Source of the DNA: an archaeon
Lineage (GTDB): Archaea > Iainarchaeota > Iainarchaeia > Iainarchaeales > CSSED10-239
Assembly: GCA_035400625.1 (NCBI GenBank)
Contig: DAOMZT010000002.1
Location: forward strand, 170,792 to 202,791
Reading direction: 5' to 3'
Length of the DNA: 32,000 bases
The number at the start of each line of letters is the position of its first letter. Positions within the stretch are counted from its first letter, which is position 1. A model generated the notes under the pieces. That model did not search any database, was not told where the DNA came from, and was given only the letters and a program-made list of their open reading frames with translations. Below, piece after piece: positions 1 to 8,229 of the stretch. Made by a program: the position numbers and the translations under genes.

Positions 1-1
1 G

Positions 2-3000
2 ATTAAAGTTCACACTTGAGTTTCTATTTTTTATCAGTTCAATAATTAAATCTTCTGTATCTTCTGTTGATACTTTTATTCCAGGTTTTGGCAAATCCAC
101 ATACGAGGTGTTCAAATTTAGATTAAAAAATAAATTTGTTTTAAATGGGGCATTAAGGTCTAATCTTATTGGCTGATTATTATAATTTCCTGCATTAATT
201 ATATTATGATAACCACCTGTAACTGAGGCAATATCACTATCTTGTGTGGTATCTTCAGTTAAAGGAACTGATGGACCTTTTGGATCTTGTGGTGGCGTAG
301 AACCATTTCCATTTGGCAAATCCAATATTGAAATTCTTGTTTTTATTTCTTTATTTAAGTCTGACAAATATAATGGGATGTTATTCTCTGTATATATGTA
401 GTTGTTAATATCCTGATAATCTAAATATTGAGTAGGATTAGGATAAGGATCAGCAGCAATCAGCCATCCATAGACTTGATTTGTTCCTTTTATATAATAT
501 TTCTTTAGATCCTTTGTAAACTTAAAATTTCCATTGTAGGTATATTTTCCAATATTATAAACTATAGTGTTTCTTGAAGAAATTTCTGTTCCATTTTCTA
601 AGAACAATCTATAATTTGATTTTACTTGCTTAGATATTGTAACAGTGTTATTTGAAAGACCATAATTTGCAGGGAACAAGAAACTAAAATAAATATTGTG
701 TCCTAATTTTGTAAGTGGCAAAGATAAATTTTTATTTTCTAGCATTCCATTAGAATTTGTTGTTCCAAACACTATTGTTTGTGGAGAATTAACAACAGCT
801 GATATTTTAACTCCAGATATTGGACTACCAGATATATTTCTAACCCTAAAACTAATAATATTATCTCCTGCATATATATCATTATTTTCTGTTGTATCTC
901 CAGTAATAATTTCTATTATTACATTAGCATCTGTTGGATAATATGCTAAAACAGGAACAGAATACGGATTTAAACCAGAAATGTTTAGTATATCTGTAGT
1001 AATATTAGAATCTGTATTTAAATCATAACTTGTACTATCATTATTTGGCTGGTATAATGTGGCACTAGCCATACCAACATTGTGTATAAGATTGTTATTT
1101 TGATGATTATTTTGGTTGTTATTATGTTGATTAAATCCACTAGGCGTATTATTAATAAAGAAATCTGTTGCTGAAATTACTGAGCTGTGATCTATTTGGG
1201 TTGCTAGGGTTGCATCTATATCATTTATTGTATAATTTATTGCATTAATACCTGTTGCATTAATGTCTGTTTGAGTATTATTAGAATGATTTCTTTTCTT
1301 AAATTTATATGCATTATATATTAGATGATTATATGTATTTACTGAGTTTGCAACAACCGACCCATTTATTGTATTATTTTTCAAATATAATAATTTCTGA
1401 GAATAATAATAGTTCTTACCAATCTCTAATATATATTTGCTACCAAGTGGAGTTAATTTTTGACCAACTGTGTTTGTGGGTAAATTATAATCATAAATAT
1501 CATATAAGAACATATAATCAGAATTATTAAATGTTAATGCGCGACTGTGATAAGGACTATAGAAATACCCGTCAGGAACCATATCACATTCTTGCCAAGA
1601 AGTACTCAAATTAGGGCTCAACTTATATTCATTATCTTTTGTCTCTGTTAGCCCCTTATAATAAATTACATAATCAGAAAGATTTGTTATACCATTTTGG
1701 AATTTCACATCAACAAAGAATTCTATTTGTTCTGCAAGAGTGTCTGAAAAGTCAATTTTTACCCATTTAAAGCCAGAAGTTGATGCTGAACAATTTGTTT
1801 GAGAATGATCAATATCGTTATTTGCTAAGAAATGGGCAGGATCCCATACTGCCGTTTCTCCAGAGAAGTTACAGCCATATTCGTTTTCGCTATTAAATGC
1901 TATTACTTTTTCTAATCTTAAATAATCTGATGGTAAAGCAACTCTTTTCCCTGCCCTGACATAAGCATATGCACGATCTCTGTTCTCTTTTTTATTAGTT
2001 GTTAATTTAAACTTTAATTTAAAGGTCTTAGAATATTCTGTTGCTAGATTGATTATATTTTTATCAATATTTCCACTTTCATCATATATACCTAATAATT
2101 CAATATTAGAAAACGCTTCTGTTCTGGTATTTGAAAGAGCGATGGTGCGATAAACTTTTTGTCCAGGAATAAGTGTAATTAAGCTTGTTTGATATGTGGA
2201 TTTGCCATCTGCAGTAATTATTGCATATATGTTTTGAGAAAATTCATTAAATATATATTCTTTGTTAGAATCTTGAGAGGTTCCAGCCACAACATAGTTT
2301 GTTATTTCGTCTCCATTAGATTTAAAGAAATAAATATTATAATCAATTGTAGGTGTTACTTTAAGATTTAATATTGTTGCCTGATCTTCTAATTCCACAT
2401 CTAGTTCCATAAATTCATTAGCATCTAATCTCTCAGTTTGTGAAATGCCCTGTTCTGGACTTTTAATTGCATAGGCATAATATTTTCTACCAGACCTAAT
2501 AAATGAGAAATTACAATCTCCTGAACTATTTGTTATTTGTGGACCAGCAATTGGTATATCGTCGTCACCATCTCTGAAAATATATACACTTGCTCCAACT
2601 ACATTGTATGCGCTTCTAGAAACATTAACTCCAATTTTACCAGTATTAAGTTCAGATGAATATTCTAATGGCACAGTAATTGTTGCATTATTATCAAAAC
2701 TATTCAAATTTATAATGTCAGGGGCAAAATAACCATAATTTTCTGTATTTGTTACAGAAATTCTATAAGTTACTGAACTAGCAACTGGCAAAGAAAATGT
2801 TGCTTTATTAGTATCTTCTCTTGTGCCTACAGCTTTAACTAAATTTGTATCTGTTCTTTTTGTATATATTGTGATATCCCCCCTTATTTCTCTTTCAGTA
2901 TTGCCATTAGCATCTACTAAAACTACATTTAATGTCTTTCCACCAGTTGTTAATAAAACATTTCCTGTTGTATTATTATTTATTGATACTTGGTATGGTC

Positions 3001-4273
3001 CAAATCTATCTAATGTAGAAACATAACCTTCTTTACTTGCAGAAACTGTATATGCTCCTGGAGTTAGGTTAGTAAACACATAAGTTCCATAAATGGTTGT
3101 TGTTCCTGAAGAAACAAATATGTTTGATTCGTTTATTTGCGTTGTTGGATCATCAGGCCTATATAATTGTAAATACACATCTGGAATTGCTACTTGTGTG
3201 TTTTGATCCTTTACTGTTATTTCTAAGGTTCCATAGTTTTGTGCTATTGGTGTTAGCATAATTACATTACTTTCAGGAACCAATCTGTTTTGAATAGAAT
3301 TGTAAAATTCAGAATAAACGTCAACTCTTAAATCTCCACAACCAGCTGGAACACTAACAGATAATTGTCCTGTGCTTGTGCTTTTTGAACTAGGATCTGG
3401 TGTAGTGCCTGAATTTGCACAGCGTAAATTTACTCTTATTGGTTTTGTTGCTAAAAGTATATCATTTTCTTTAAAAACTAAATTTCTGGTTGTTGGGTTC
3501 ATTAGATGTAATTTTAAATTAGTGTCTATTTCTAATTTCACTAAAACTGAATTATTTCTGCCTTTAAGTTTTAGTTCTTTTGTTTGAGTATTATAAGATT
3601 CTTTTTCTACAATTAATTTAACATTTTTTTTCTTCCCAAAATCTTCAAAGATTGCTTCTCCAAAGACTCCTGTTTGAGATGTTTTGTTTATATCTCCAAT
3701 TGATAATATTGCTGTTGCTCCAGAAACTGGCATATCTAAAATATCAGTCACAGTAACTTCCAATACTGGTGATCCCATAAGACCACTAAAAATTCCTGAA
3801 AAGAATATTAACCAAATTAAAGCAAATATAAATATTATAAATAAAATAAAGCTAGGAAATACTTTGTCTATTTTATCTACTAATTTTCCTATTGGTATAA
3901 CTTTATTTATGCCATCGATCATAGAATAATAAAGATTTTCAAAAAAGAAATATATCTTCTTAAAGAAAGTAATTATTGGTAAAAAGATATTTTTCTTATC
4001 TTTTTTTGGAGCTACAAGTGATGGTTTTTCTTTAGTGTCTTCTTTTAAAGATTTAGAAATTTCTTTAAGAATCTTTTCTTTTTCTTCTGGTGTTGTTATT
4101 ATTTTTTCTTCTTTTTGTTTATTATCATATAATTTATCAACTACTCTTTTGGCTACATCCTTATCATAGCCATCAAAGATAATTAATTTCTCTAATTCCT
4201 CTTTTGAGAAGCGATTTTCTCTGCCTTTTAGCATATTGTAGATTTTCTCTACTTCTTCATCTTTTTCATTCAT
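2..4273 (-). CDS. Family A giant membrane-anchored surface protein, 3'-truncated by the window edge (>=1424 codons); colinear paralog of 8230..14169
   Basis: Absent from the ORF track because it has no stop inside the window. Hand translation starts at ATG 4271-4273, which is preceded in frame by TAG at 4277-4279, and reads MNEKDEEVEKIYNMLKGRENRF... I checked the frame codon by codon at 4202-4273, 1742-1860, 1982-2041 and 2-61 and saw no stop. No other minus-strand ORF is listed for 1..4279. The protein has a K/E-rich N-terminal tail of ~138 aa and one TM helix (VFPSFILFIIFIFALIWLIFFSGIF, ~3779..3859). CarboxypepD_reg-like units follow, e.g. LEITVKDQNTQVAIPDVYLQLYRP...IYGTYVFTNLTPGAYTVSASKEGY (about 3010..3240). 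GCNFSGETAVWDPAHFLANNDIDHSQTNCSASTSGFKWVKIDFSD aligns with GCRYHGDLESFDSNYFITNFESDYSFNNCIAGKYKWLEFDFSD of the 1979-aa protein. Confidence 0.85.
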   Translation of the reverse strand, partial: MNEKDEEVEKIYNMLKGRENRFSKEELEKLIIFDGYDKDVAKRVVDKLYDNKQKEEKIITTPEEKEKILKEISKSLKEDTKEKPSLVAPKKDKKNIFLPIITFFKKIYFFFENLYYSMIDGINKVIPIGKLVDKIDKVFPSFILFIIFIFALIWLIFFSGIFSGLMGSPVLEVTVTDILDMPVSGATAILSIGDINKTSQTGVFGEAIFEDFGKKKNVKLIVEKESYNTQTKELKLKGRNNSVLVKLEIDTNLKLHLMNPTTRNLVFKENDILLATKPIRVNLRCANSGTTPDPSSKSTSTGQLSVSVPAGCGDLRVDVYSEFYNSIQNRLVPESNVIMLTPIAQNYGTLEITVKDQNTQVAIPDVYLQLYRPDDPTTQINESNIFVSSGTTTIYGTYVFTNLTPGAYTVSASKEGYVSTLDRFGPYQVSINNNTTGNVLLTTGGKTLNVVLVDANGNTEREIRGDITIYTKRTDTNLVKAVGTREDTNKATFSLPVASSVTYRISVTNTENYGYFAPDIINLNSFDNNATITVPLEYSSELNTGKIGVNVSRSAYNVVGASVYIFRDGDDDIPIAGPQITNSSGDCNFSFIRSGRKYYAYAIKSPEQGISQTERLDANEFMELDVELEDQATILNLKVTPTIDYNIYFFKSNGDEITNYVVAGTSQDSNKEYIFNEFSQNIYAIITADGKSTYQTSLITLIPGQKVYRTIALSNTRTEAFSNIELLGIYDESGNIDKNIINLATEYSKTFKLKFKLTTNKKENRDRAYAYVRAGKRVALPSDYLRLEKVIAFNSENEYGCNFSGETAVWDPAHFLANNDIDHSQTNCSASTSGFKWVKIDFSDTLAEQIEFFVDVKFQNGITNLSDYVIYYKGLTETKDNEYKLSPNLSTSWQECDMVPDGYFYSPYHSRALTFNNSDYMFLYDIYDYNLPTNTVGQKLTPLGSKYILEIGKNYYYSQKLLYLKNNTINGSVVANSVNTYNHLIYNAYKFKKRNHSNNTQTDINATGINAINYTINDIDATLATQIDHSSVISATDFFINNTPSGFNQHNNNQNNHQNNNLIHNVGMASATLYQPNNDSTSYDLNTDSNITTDILNISGLNPYSVPVLAYYPTDANVIIEIITGDTTENNDIYAGDNIISFRVRNISGSPISGVKISAVVNSPQTIVFGTTNSNGMLENKNLSLPLTKLGHNIYFSFLFPANYGLSNNTVTISKQVKSNYRLFLENGTEISSRNTIVYNIGKYTYNGNFKFTKDLKKYYIKGTNQVYGWLIAADPYPNPTQYLDYQDINNYIYTENNIPLYLSDLNKEIKTRISILDLPNGNGSTPPQDPKGPSVPLTEDTTQDSDIASVTGGYHNIINAGNYNNQPIRLDLNAPFKTNLFFNLNLNTSYVDLPKPGIKVSTEDTEDLIIELIKNRNSSVNFN

Positions 4274-4279
4274 AATCTA

Positions 4280-6523
4280 TCATTTAATATTAAATAATGG
4301 TGTAAAGTATATTTCTTTTATTACTACATCGTTTTGTAATTTAAATTTTAAAAGATATCTTTGTGCTTGGCAAAACAATCTTACATCATCAATACCATAT
4401 CCTTTTTCTTCAGGGATATTAGTTAAATCAAAGTTTTCAGGGTTATAATGTAAAATGTCTTTTGCTATCTTATATTCTTTTATATTTGTTCCTGCAAATT
4501 GTTTTGAATCTGGCATTATATTTTCTCCAGTCTTTAGACTATAAACCACATAATTTTCATCACTTGGATATCCTGGTGGTTTAAACAAGCTTCCATCTGG
4601 ATTAACATAATAAATATTTAAATCAGTAATCACCCCTGCATTATCAGTATAAATTGTATATTCTGTGTCTGTTCTTAATGCGAAGTTGTTAAGTTCTAGG
4701 CTATCACATACAGGGCAATTAATCTCTTCTACATCAACACGCCCAACCTTACTTGATTCGGAATCAAAATCATTTTGTATTATTCCTAAATTTGCAAGGC
4801 GCAATGTTAAATTATCTGTTTTATATGATAAACTGGAATTTCCAGAAGATGCTGCATGACAACCATTAATATTTATTGCAGTTTCTTTTACTGGAACATA
4901 CTTAATTAATTTTAAAGATTTTGGTAAGAAACTACCGGATTTTAAATAATTAATATTTATGTTACCTATTTTTGGATCTATGTTTTGATTATTGCAACTT
5001 TCATCACAATGACAAAAAAGACTATTTATATTTTCTACATTTTGTTCATTTAATTCATTAGTTATGTTAAAGTTAAGAGATAGATTTTCTAATTTATCAA
5101 TATTTATTGAACCAATAGAGCCTGCCTTACCTTGTCCACGATTTTTATTTACATTAACTTTGCCACTCAATGCATAATAATAGAAATCTTTTTCATTTAT
5201 AAAATTAGATATATTATAATCACTTATTGAACCACCAACGCCACTTTCACCATACTTGCCCCCACCATCGCTTTTGTTGCCTCCCATCTCTCCATCTCCT
5301 GCAGATAAATCATATCTTAATATCCCTTGATTCACAATATTGTATTTTGTATTAGGTATATAAATAAATTTTATATGCCCCCCATAACCCCCTTTACCGC
5401 CATTTGCAGAATCAGCACCACATGTATTATTGCCACCATTACCACCTCTTCCACCATTACCTGATTTTATGGTGATATTAAATTCTGCTTGTTGCTGTTC
5501 ATCTTCTTTTAAATTTTCTAAATTATAAACTATAAAATTACTATGGCCTCCATTTCCTCCTGCACCACCTGATTTTGGAGAACCACCACAATTGCCTTTT
5601 TCGCCACTGCCTTTTGCACCATTTGCTCCATTTCCTGATTTTAAAAAAACATTAAATTTACCATAATTTTTGATAAACCCTTCTTGTATTATTAATACTG
5701 ATTGCCCACCATTACCCCCAACACCACCATTTTTATTATATCCTTTAGATCCTGCACTACCTTTTGCTCCATCGGCAGCAAATAAATTAATATCAACAGT
5801 TCCATAATTAATTATATTATATGCAGATAATATAGCCACACCTCCATGAATTCCATGATCTATAGGATCAGAATATGTTGTACTGTGATCATTTGGTTTT
5901 GTAGCAATTAGTGAAATATTTAAATCGGCATTTTTTTCTATAATTAAATTTTGAAAATTAAGTCTTGTTCCATGACCTACTCTATTAGGACTACCCACAT
6001 TTCCATCAGTATCTAATGCCCTTCTTTGTCTTTCTGTTATATTTATTAGTGTGTTGGTTAATATTTTAGTTTCATTAACATCCATACTTAGTATGCCAGG
6101 GATTGGGCTATATCCAACTAGCAACTCTTCATCATTATCCACTATAAAATTCAAAGTAATTGAATTGTTAGGATTACCAGAATCAAATCTTATTTCATCT
6201 ATCCCAGAAATTGTTATTTTTTCGTTATTCTCAGTAATTTTAAAATTCTGATTTTGAGAAATCCACAATATAAATTTTTTATTGTTACAATGCTCATTAT
6301 TAGAAATCCTCACAAAATTAAAATTAGGATTTATTATTTCTTCAGAATTGTTCAATTTTAAAAAATATTCATTTGATTGCGAAGCCAACGTTCCTTCATA
6401 CTCTACATCTTGTAGTACATTCTGCATATTTTGAAAACAATCAACAGCATAAATTGGAACAATCACTATTTGTATAAATATTAAAATCATTAAAATTTTT
6501 AATGTTGTTTTTATTTTTGACAT
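4280..6523 (-). CDS. Family B secreted Gly-rich repeat (predicted beta-solenoid) protein, 747 aa; function unknown
   Basis: Start is ATG 6521-6523 and stop is TGA 4280-4282, immediately followed by TAG at 4277-4279. Signal peptide is MSKIKTTLKILMILIFIQIVIVPIYA/VD. Residues ~187-490 form about six ~50-aa coils with loops such as GGVGGNGGQS, GGAGGNGGHS and GGKGGYGGH. The C-terminal third is colinear with the 690-aa ORF (INYLKSGSFLPKS/INYLSNGSYLPKT; CPVC/CPHC; LFCQAQRYLL/LFCYGQEYIL). Only 6 nt separate its stop from the next start. Confidence 0.9.
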   Translation of the reverse strand: MSKIKTTLKILMILIFIQIVIVPIYAVDCFQNMQNVLQDVEYEGTLASQSNEYFLKLNNSEEIINPNFNFVRISNNEHCNNKKFILWISQNQNFKITENNEKITISGIDEIRFDSGNPNNSITLNFIVDNDEELLVGYSPIPGILSMDVNETKILTNTLINITERQRRALDTDGNVGSPNRVGHGTRLNFQNLIIEKNADLNISLIATKPNDHSTTYSDPIDHGIHGGVAILSAYNIINYGTVDINLFAADGAKGSAGSKGYNKNGGVGGNGGQSVLIIQEGFIKNYGKFNVFLKSGNGANGAKGSGEKGNCGGSPKSGGAGGNGGHSNFIVYNLENLKEDEQQQAEFNITIKSGNGGRGGNGGNNTCGADSANGGKGGYGGHIKFIYIPNTKYNIVNQGILRYDLSAGDGEMGGNKSDGGGKYGESGVGGSISDYNISNFINEKDFYYYALSGKVNVNKNRGQGKAGSIGSINIDKLENLSLNFNITNELNEQNVENINSLFCHCDESCNNQNIDPKIGNININYLKSGSFLPKSLKLIKYVPVKETAININGCHAASSGNSSLSYKTDNLTLRLANLGIIQNDFDSESSKVGRVDVEEINCPVCDSLELNNFALRTDTEYTIYTDNAGVITDLNIYYVNPDGSLFKPPGYPSDENYVVYSLKTGENIMPDSKQFAGTNIKEYKIAKDILHYNPENFDLTNIPEEKGYGIDDVRLFCQAQRYLLKFKLQNDVVIKEIYFTPLFNIK
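5054..5965 (-). repeat. Protein-level tandem coils (~50 aa each) with Gly-rich loops in the 747-aa family B protein
   Basis: Residues ~187-490 read as successive units: RLNFQNLIIEKNADLNISL.. / AILSAYNIINYGTVDINLFAADGAKGSAGSKGYNKNGGVGGNGGQS / VLIIQEGFIKNYGKFNVFLKSGNGANGAKGSGEKGNCGGSPKSGGAGGNGGHS / NFIVYN..EFNITIKSGNGGRGGNGGNNTCGADSANGGKGGYGGH / IKFIYIPNTKYNIVNQGILRYDLSAGDGEMGGNKSDGGGKYGESGVGGS / ISDYNISNFINEKDFYYYALSGKVNVNKNRGQGKAGSIGS / INIDKLENLSLNFNITNE. The Gly codons create local GC-rich islands on the plus strand (runs of cc). Confidence 0.8.
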
Positions 6524-6537
6524 TTTTTATCTTTCTA

Positions 6538-7941
6538 TTATTTATGTATTTTAAAAGGGTATTCTAAAGTAATATCAGGATACCCCATATCTTGATTACT
6601 ATTTAACTTAAATCTAAATAAATACGAATCTAAAAGGTTAGTATCTATTGATTGATCATATAAAAATAATTTAAAGAAAATATTTTCGGTTTGGAATATA
6701 TTAGAAACCATGTGATTTAAATTTTTTGTGTTATATAACCCTGCATTACCAGCAGTATCTAATGAAACATCTAGTGGATTATAAGTAATTGCAGAATTAA
6801 TTGTTCCAAAAATTATTGGTGTTGATGTAATATTTGAATCACTGGTAAACAGATATTCTGAAATTTGATTAGATACGCTAATTGGCGAACAACTCTTGTT
6901 TACTTTATTTATATGTGTTACGCCAGTATTTTGTGTATTTAAATCAATTAAATTACCCTCTGGCCTTACATAACTTAAATTACATATTTTATAATTTATA
7001 TTACTTGGCAGAGATATTGGGCCACATGTTGAAAGATATAAATTCCCATAATTATTTGCATTAATTATTTGAGTTGGCAAATTTCCGGTAATAGATTTAA
7101 AATGGAAATTACATGTATTATTCAGATAAATTGTATTATCTACTTTTGTTGAACAATTTAAATTTATTGTGCCATTATTATCTACTTGCTCAAATGAGAT
7201 AATATCTGCAAAATAATCTGTATTTAAATTATATGTTTGTTGATTAGGTGTTTGCTCCTCATTTTCTTCATCTTCTTCTAAATAGTACTTTAATGAATAA
7301 TAATAGTTGCATTCTTGTTCATAACCTACATAATTTTTATTATTTATAATATTTAATGTACCTGTATTTTTTATTTCAATTCTATTAAATAAAATATTGC
7401 TTTCAGGCACATAAGAATATAAATATCCATTAATATAATATTCGCCTAAACACGCATTTTTACTAATATTTACATCTAATTTGTTTCCTAAAATTAAATT
7501 ATTTACATTTCTAAAATCAATTTGAGTATCAGTTAAATTGCCTCTATCTATTTTTATTGTTGTAAATTCATTAATTTTTATAAGATTAAAATCAGAAAAC
7601 ATTATATTTATTTTATTAATATCAGGGTTTAAAATAAAACAATCAGAGAGTGTAGTATCAAAAGTTACACAAGAAACATTAAAATTTGCATTTTGATTTA
7701 TCACTAAATTTATTCCAGATCTGCTCGGTCTTATTTCACTCCCAACAATATTATAGTCTCCTCCATTTAAAATACAATTACCTGTTTGTGAATTATAATT
7801 ACAGGTTGCAATACCGGTTTGAGAATTATACAAACCCATTATGTCTACATTATCTGAAAAAACGAAACCAGAAATAGATATACTTATAAGTATTATAAAT
7901 AGTAAGATTATTCCTTTTTTTGAGTGATTTGTATTCTCCAT
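6538..7941 (-). CDS. Family C secreted Asn-rich protein, 467 aa; function unknown
   Basis: Start is ATG 7939-7941 with GGTGA 9 nt upstream. Stop is TAA 6538-6540, 14 nt before the next start. N-terminal hydrophobic signal is KKGIILLFIILISISISGFVFS/DN. The last ~115 aa align with the mature 16327..16734 product (STPIIFGTI/TYPIIFGNI; YLFRFKL..LEYPFKI/DIFRFYF..LTFPFKL). Confidence 0.88.
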   Translation of the reverse strand: MENTNHSKKGIILLFIILISISISGFVFSDNVDIMGLYNSQTGIATCNYNSQTGNCILNGGDYNIVGSEIRPSRSGINLVINQNANFNVSCVTFDTTLSDCFILNPDINKINIMFSDFNLIKINEFTTIKIDRGNLTDTQIDFRNVNNLILGNKLDVNISKNACLGEYYINGYLYSYVPESNILFNRIEIKNTGTLNIINNKNYVGYEQECNYYYSLKYYLEEDEENEEQTPNQQTYNLNTDYFADIISFEQVDNNGTINLNCSTKVDNTIYLNNTCNFHFKSITGNLPTQIINANNYGNLYLSTCGPISLPSNINYKICNLSYVRPEGNLIDLNTQNTGVTHINKVNKSCSPISVSNQISEYLFTSDSNITSTPIIFGTINSAITYNPLDVSLDTAGNAGLYNTKNLNHMVSNIFQTENIFFKLFLYDQSIDTNLLDSYLFRFKLNSNQDMGYPDITLEYPFKIHK

Positions 7942-7950
7942 TTTAATTTG

Positions 7951-7955
7951 TCACC
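7951..7955 (-). promoter_or_regulatory. Shine-Dalgarno-like GGTGA, 9 nt upstream of the 467-aa gene ATG
   Basis: Plus-strand tcacc at 7951-7955; the ATG is at 7939-7941. Confidence 0.5.
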
Positions 7956-7965
7956 ATTTATACAA

Positions 7966-8037
7966 TCACCAAAATAACAATAAAACAATAAACTCAATTA
8001 TAAGTATGATTATTATTAATTTTAAAGTTAGTTTCAT
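7966..8037 (-). CDS. Possible 23-codon hydrophobic micropeptide (MKLTLKLIIIILIIEFIVLLLFW)
   Basis: Hand translation runs from ATG 8035-8037 to TGA 7966-7968. GGGGA (plus-strand tcccc, 8044-8048) lies 6 nt upstream of the ATG. The stop lies 24 nt upstream of the 467-aa gene start, and that gene's GGTGA site falls in the gap. The ORF is too short to tell from chance in AT-rich DNA. Confidence 0.25.
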   Translation of the reverse strand: MKLTLKLIIIILIIEFIVLLLFW

Positions 8038-8229
8038 GTAATTTCCCCTATATACTATATAATATATTAATTAAATATATTTATATAACTTTTCATAGAT
8101 AAAAAATGAGATTTTTAAGTATAATCATTCGATTGTGCTTAATCTACATGTTGAAACTTAAAAAACACAATTTCTTCAACAGATAGATTAAAATGGTCAT
8201 TGTCCCTTCACTATATTTTATATTTTTAC

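Noticed and set aside
4277-4282. Possible stop-codon reassignment (TGA followed directly by TAG at the end of the 747-aa gene)
   Set aside because: More than 10,000 codons of long ORFs contain no in-frame TGA under the standard code, although Gly and Trp are abundant. Code 4 or code 25 genomes would show many. The tandem TGA-TAG is most simply a double stop.
5054-5965. Collagen-like, PE_PGRS-like or chlamydial Pmp repeat identity for the Gly-rich region
   Set aside because: There is no G-X-Y triplet periodicity and no GGAGGxG tandem runs without intervening strands. There is also no GGAI/FxxN pairing. The ~50-aa strand-turn-strand-loop period is different from all three.
8150-8180. Inverted repeat gttgaa...ttcaac as an intrinsic terminator after the 1979-aa gene
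   Set aside because: The stem is only 6 bp with a 19-nt loop, and no T-run follows it on the transcribed strand. That is too weak to call.
8106-8186. Plus-strand 26-codon ORF (MRFLSIIIRLCLIYMLKLKKHNFFNR) in the large intergenic gap
   Set aside because: It lies on the opposite strand to every supported gene, has no ribosome-binding site, and is chance-level in length.
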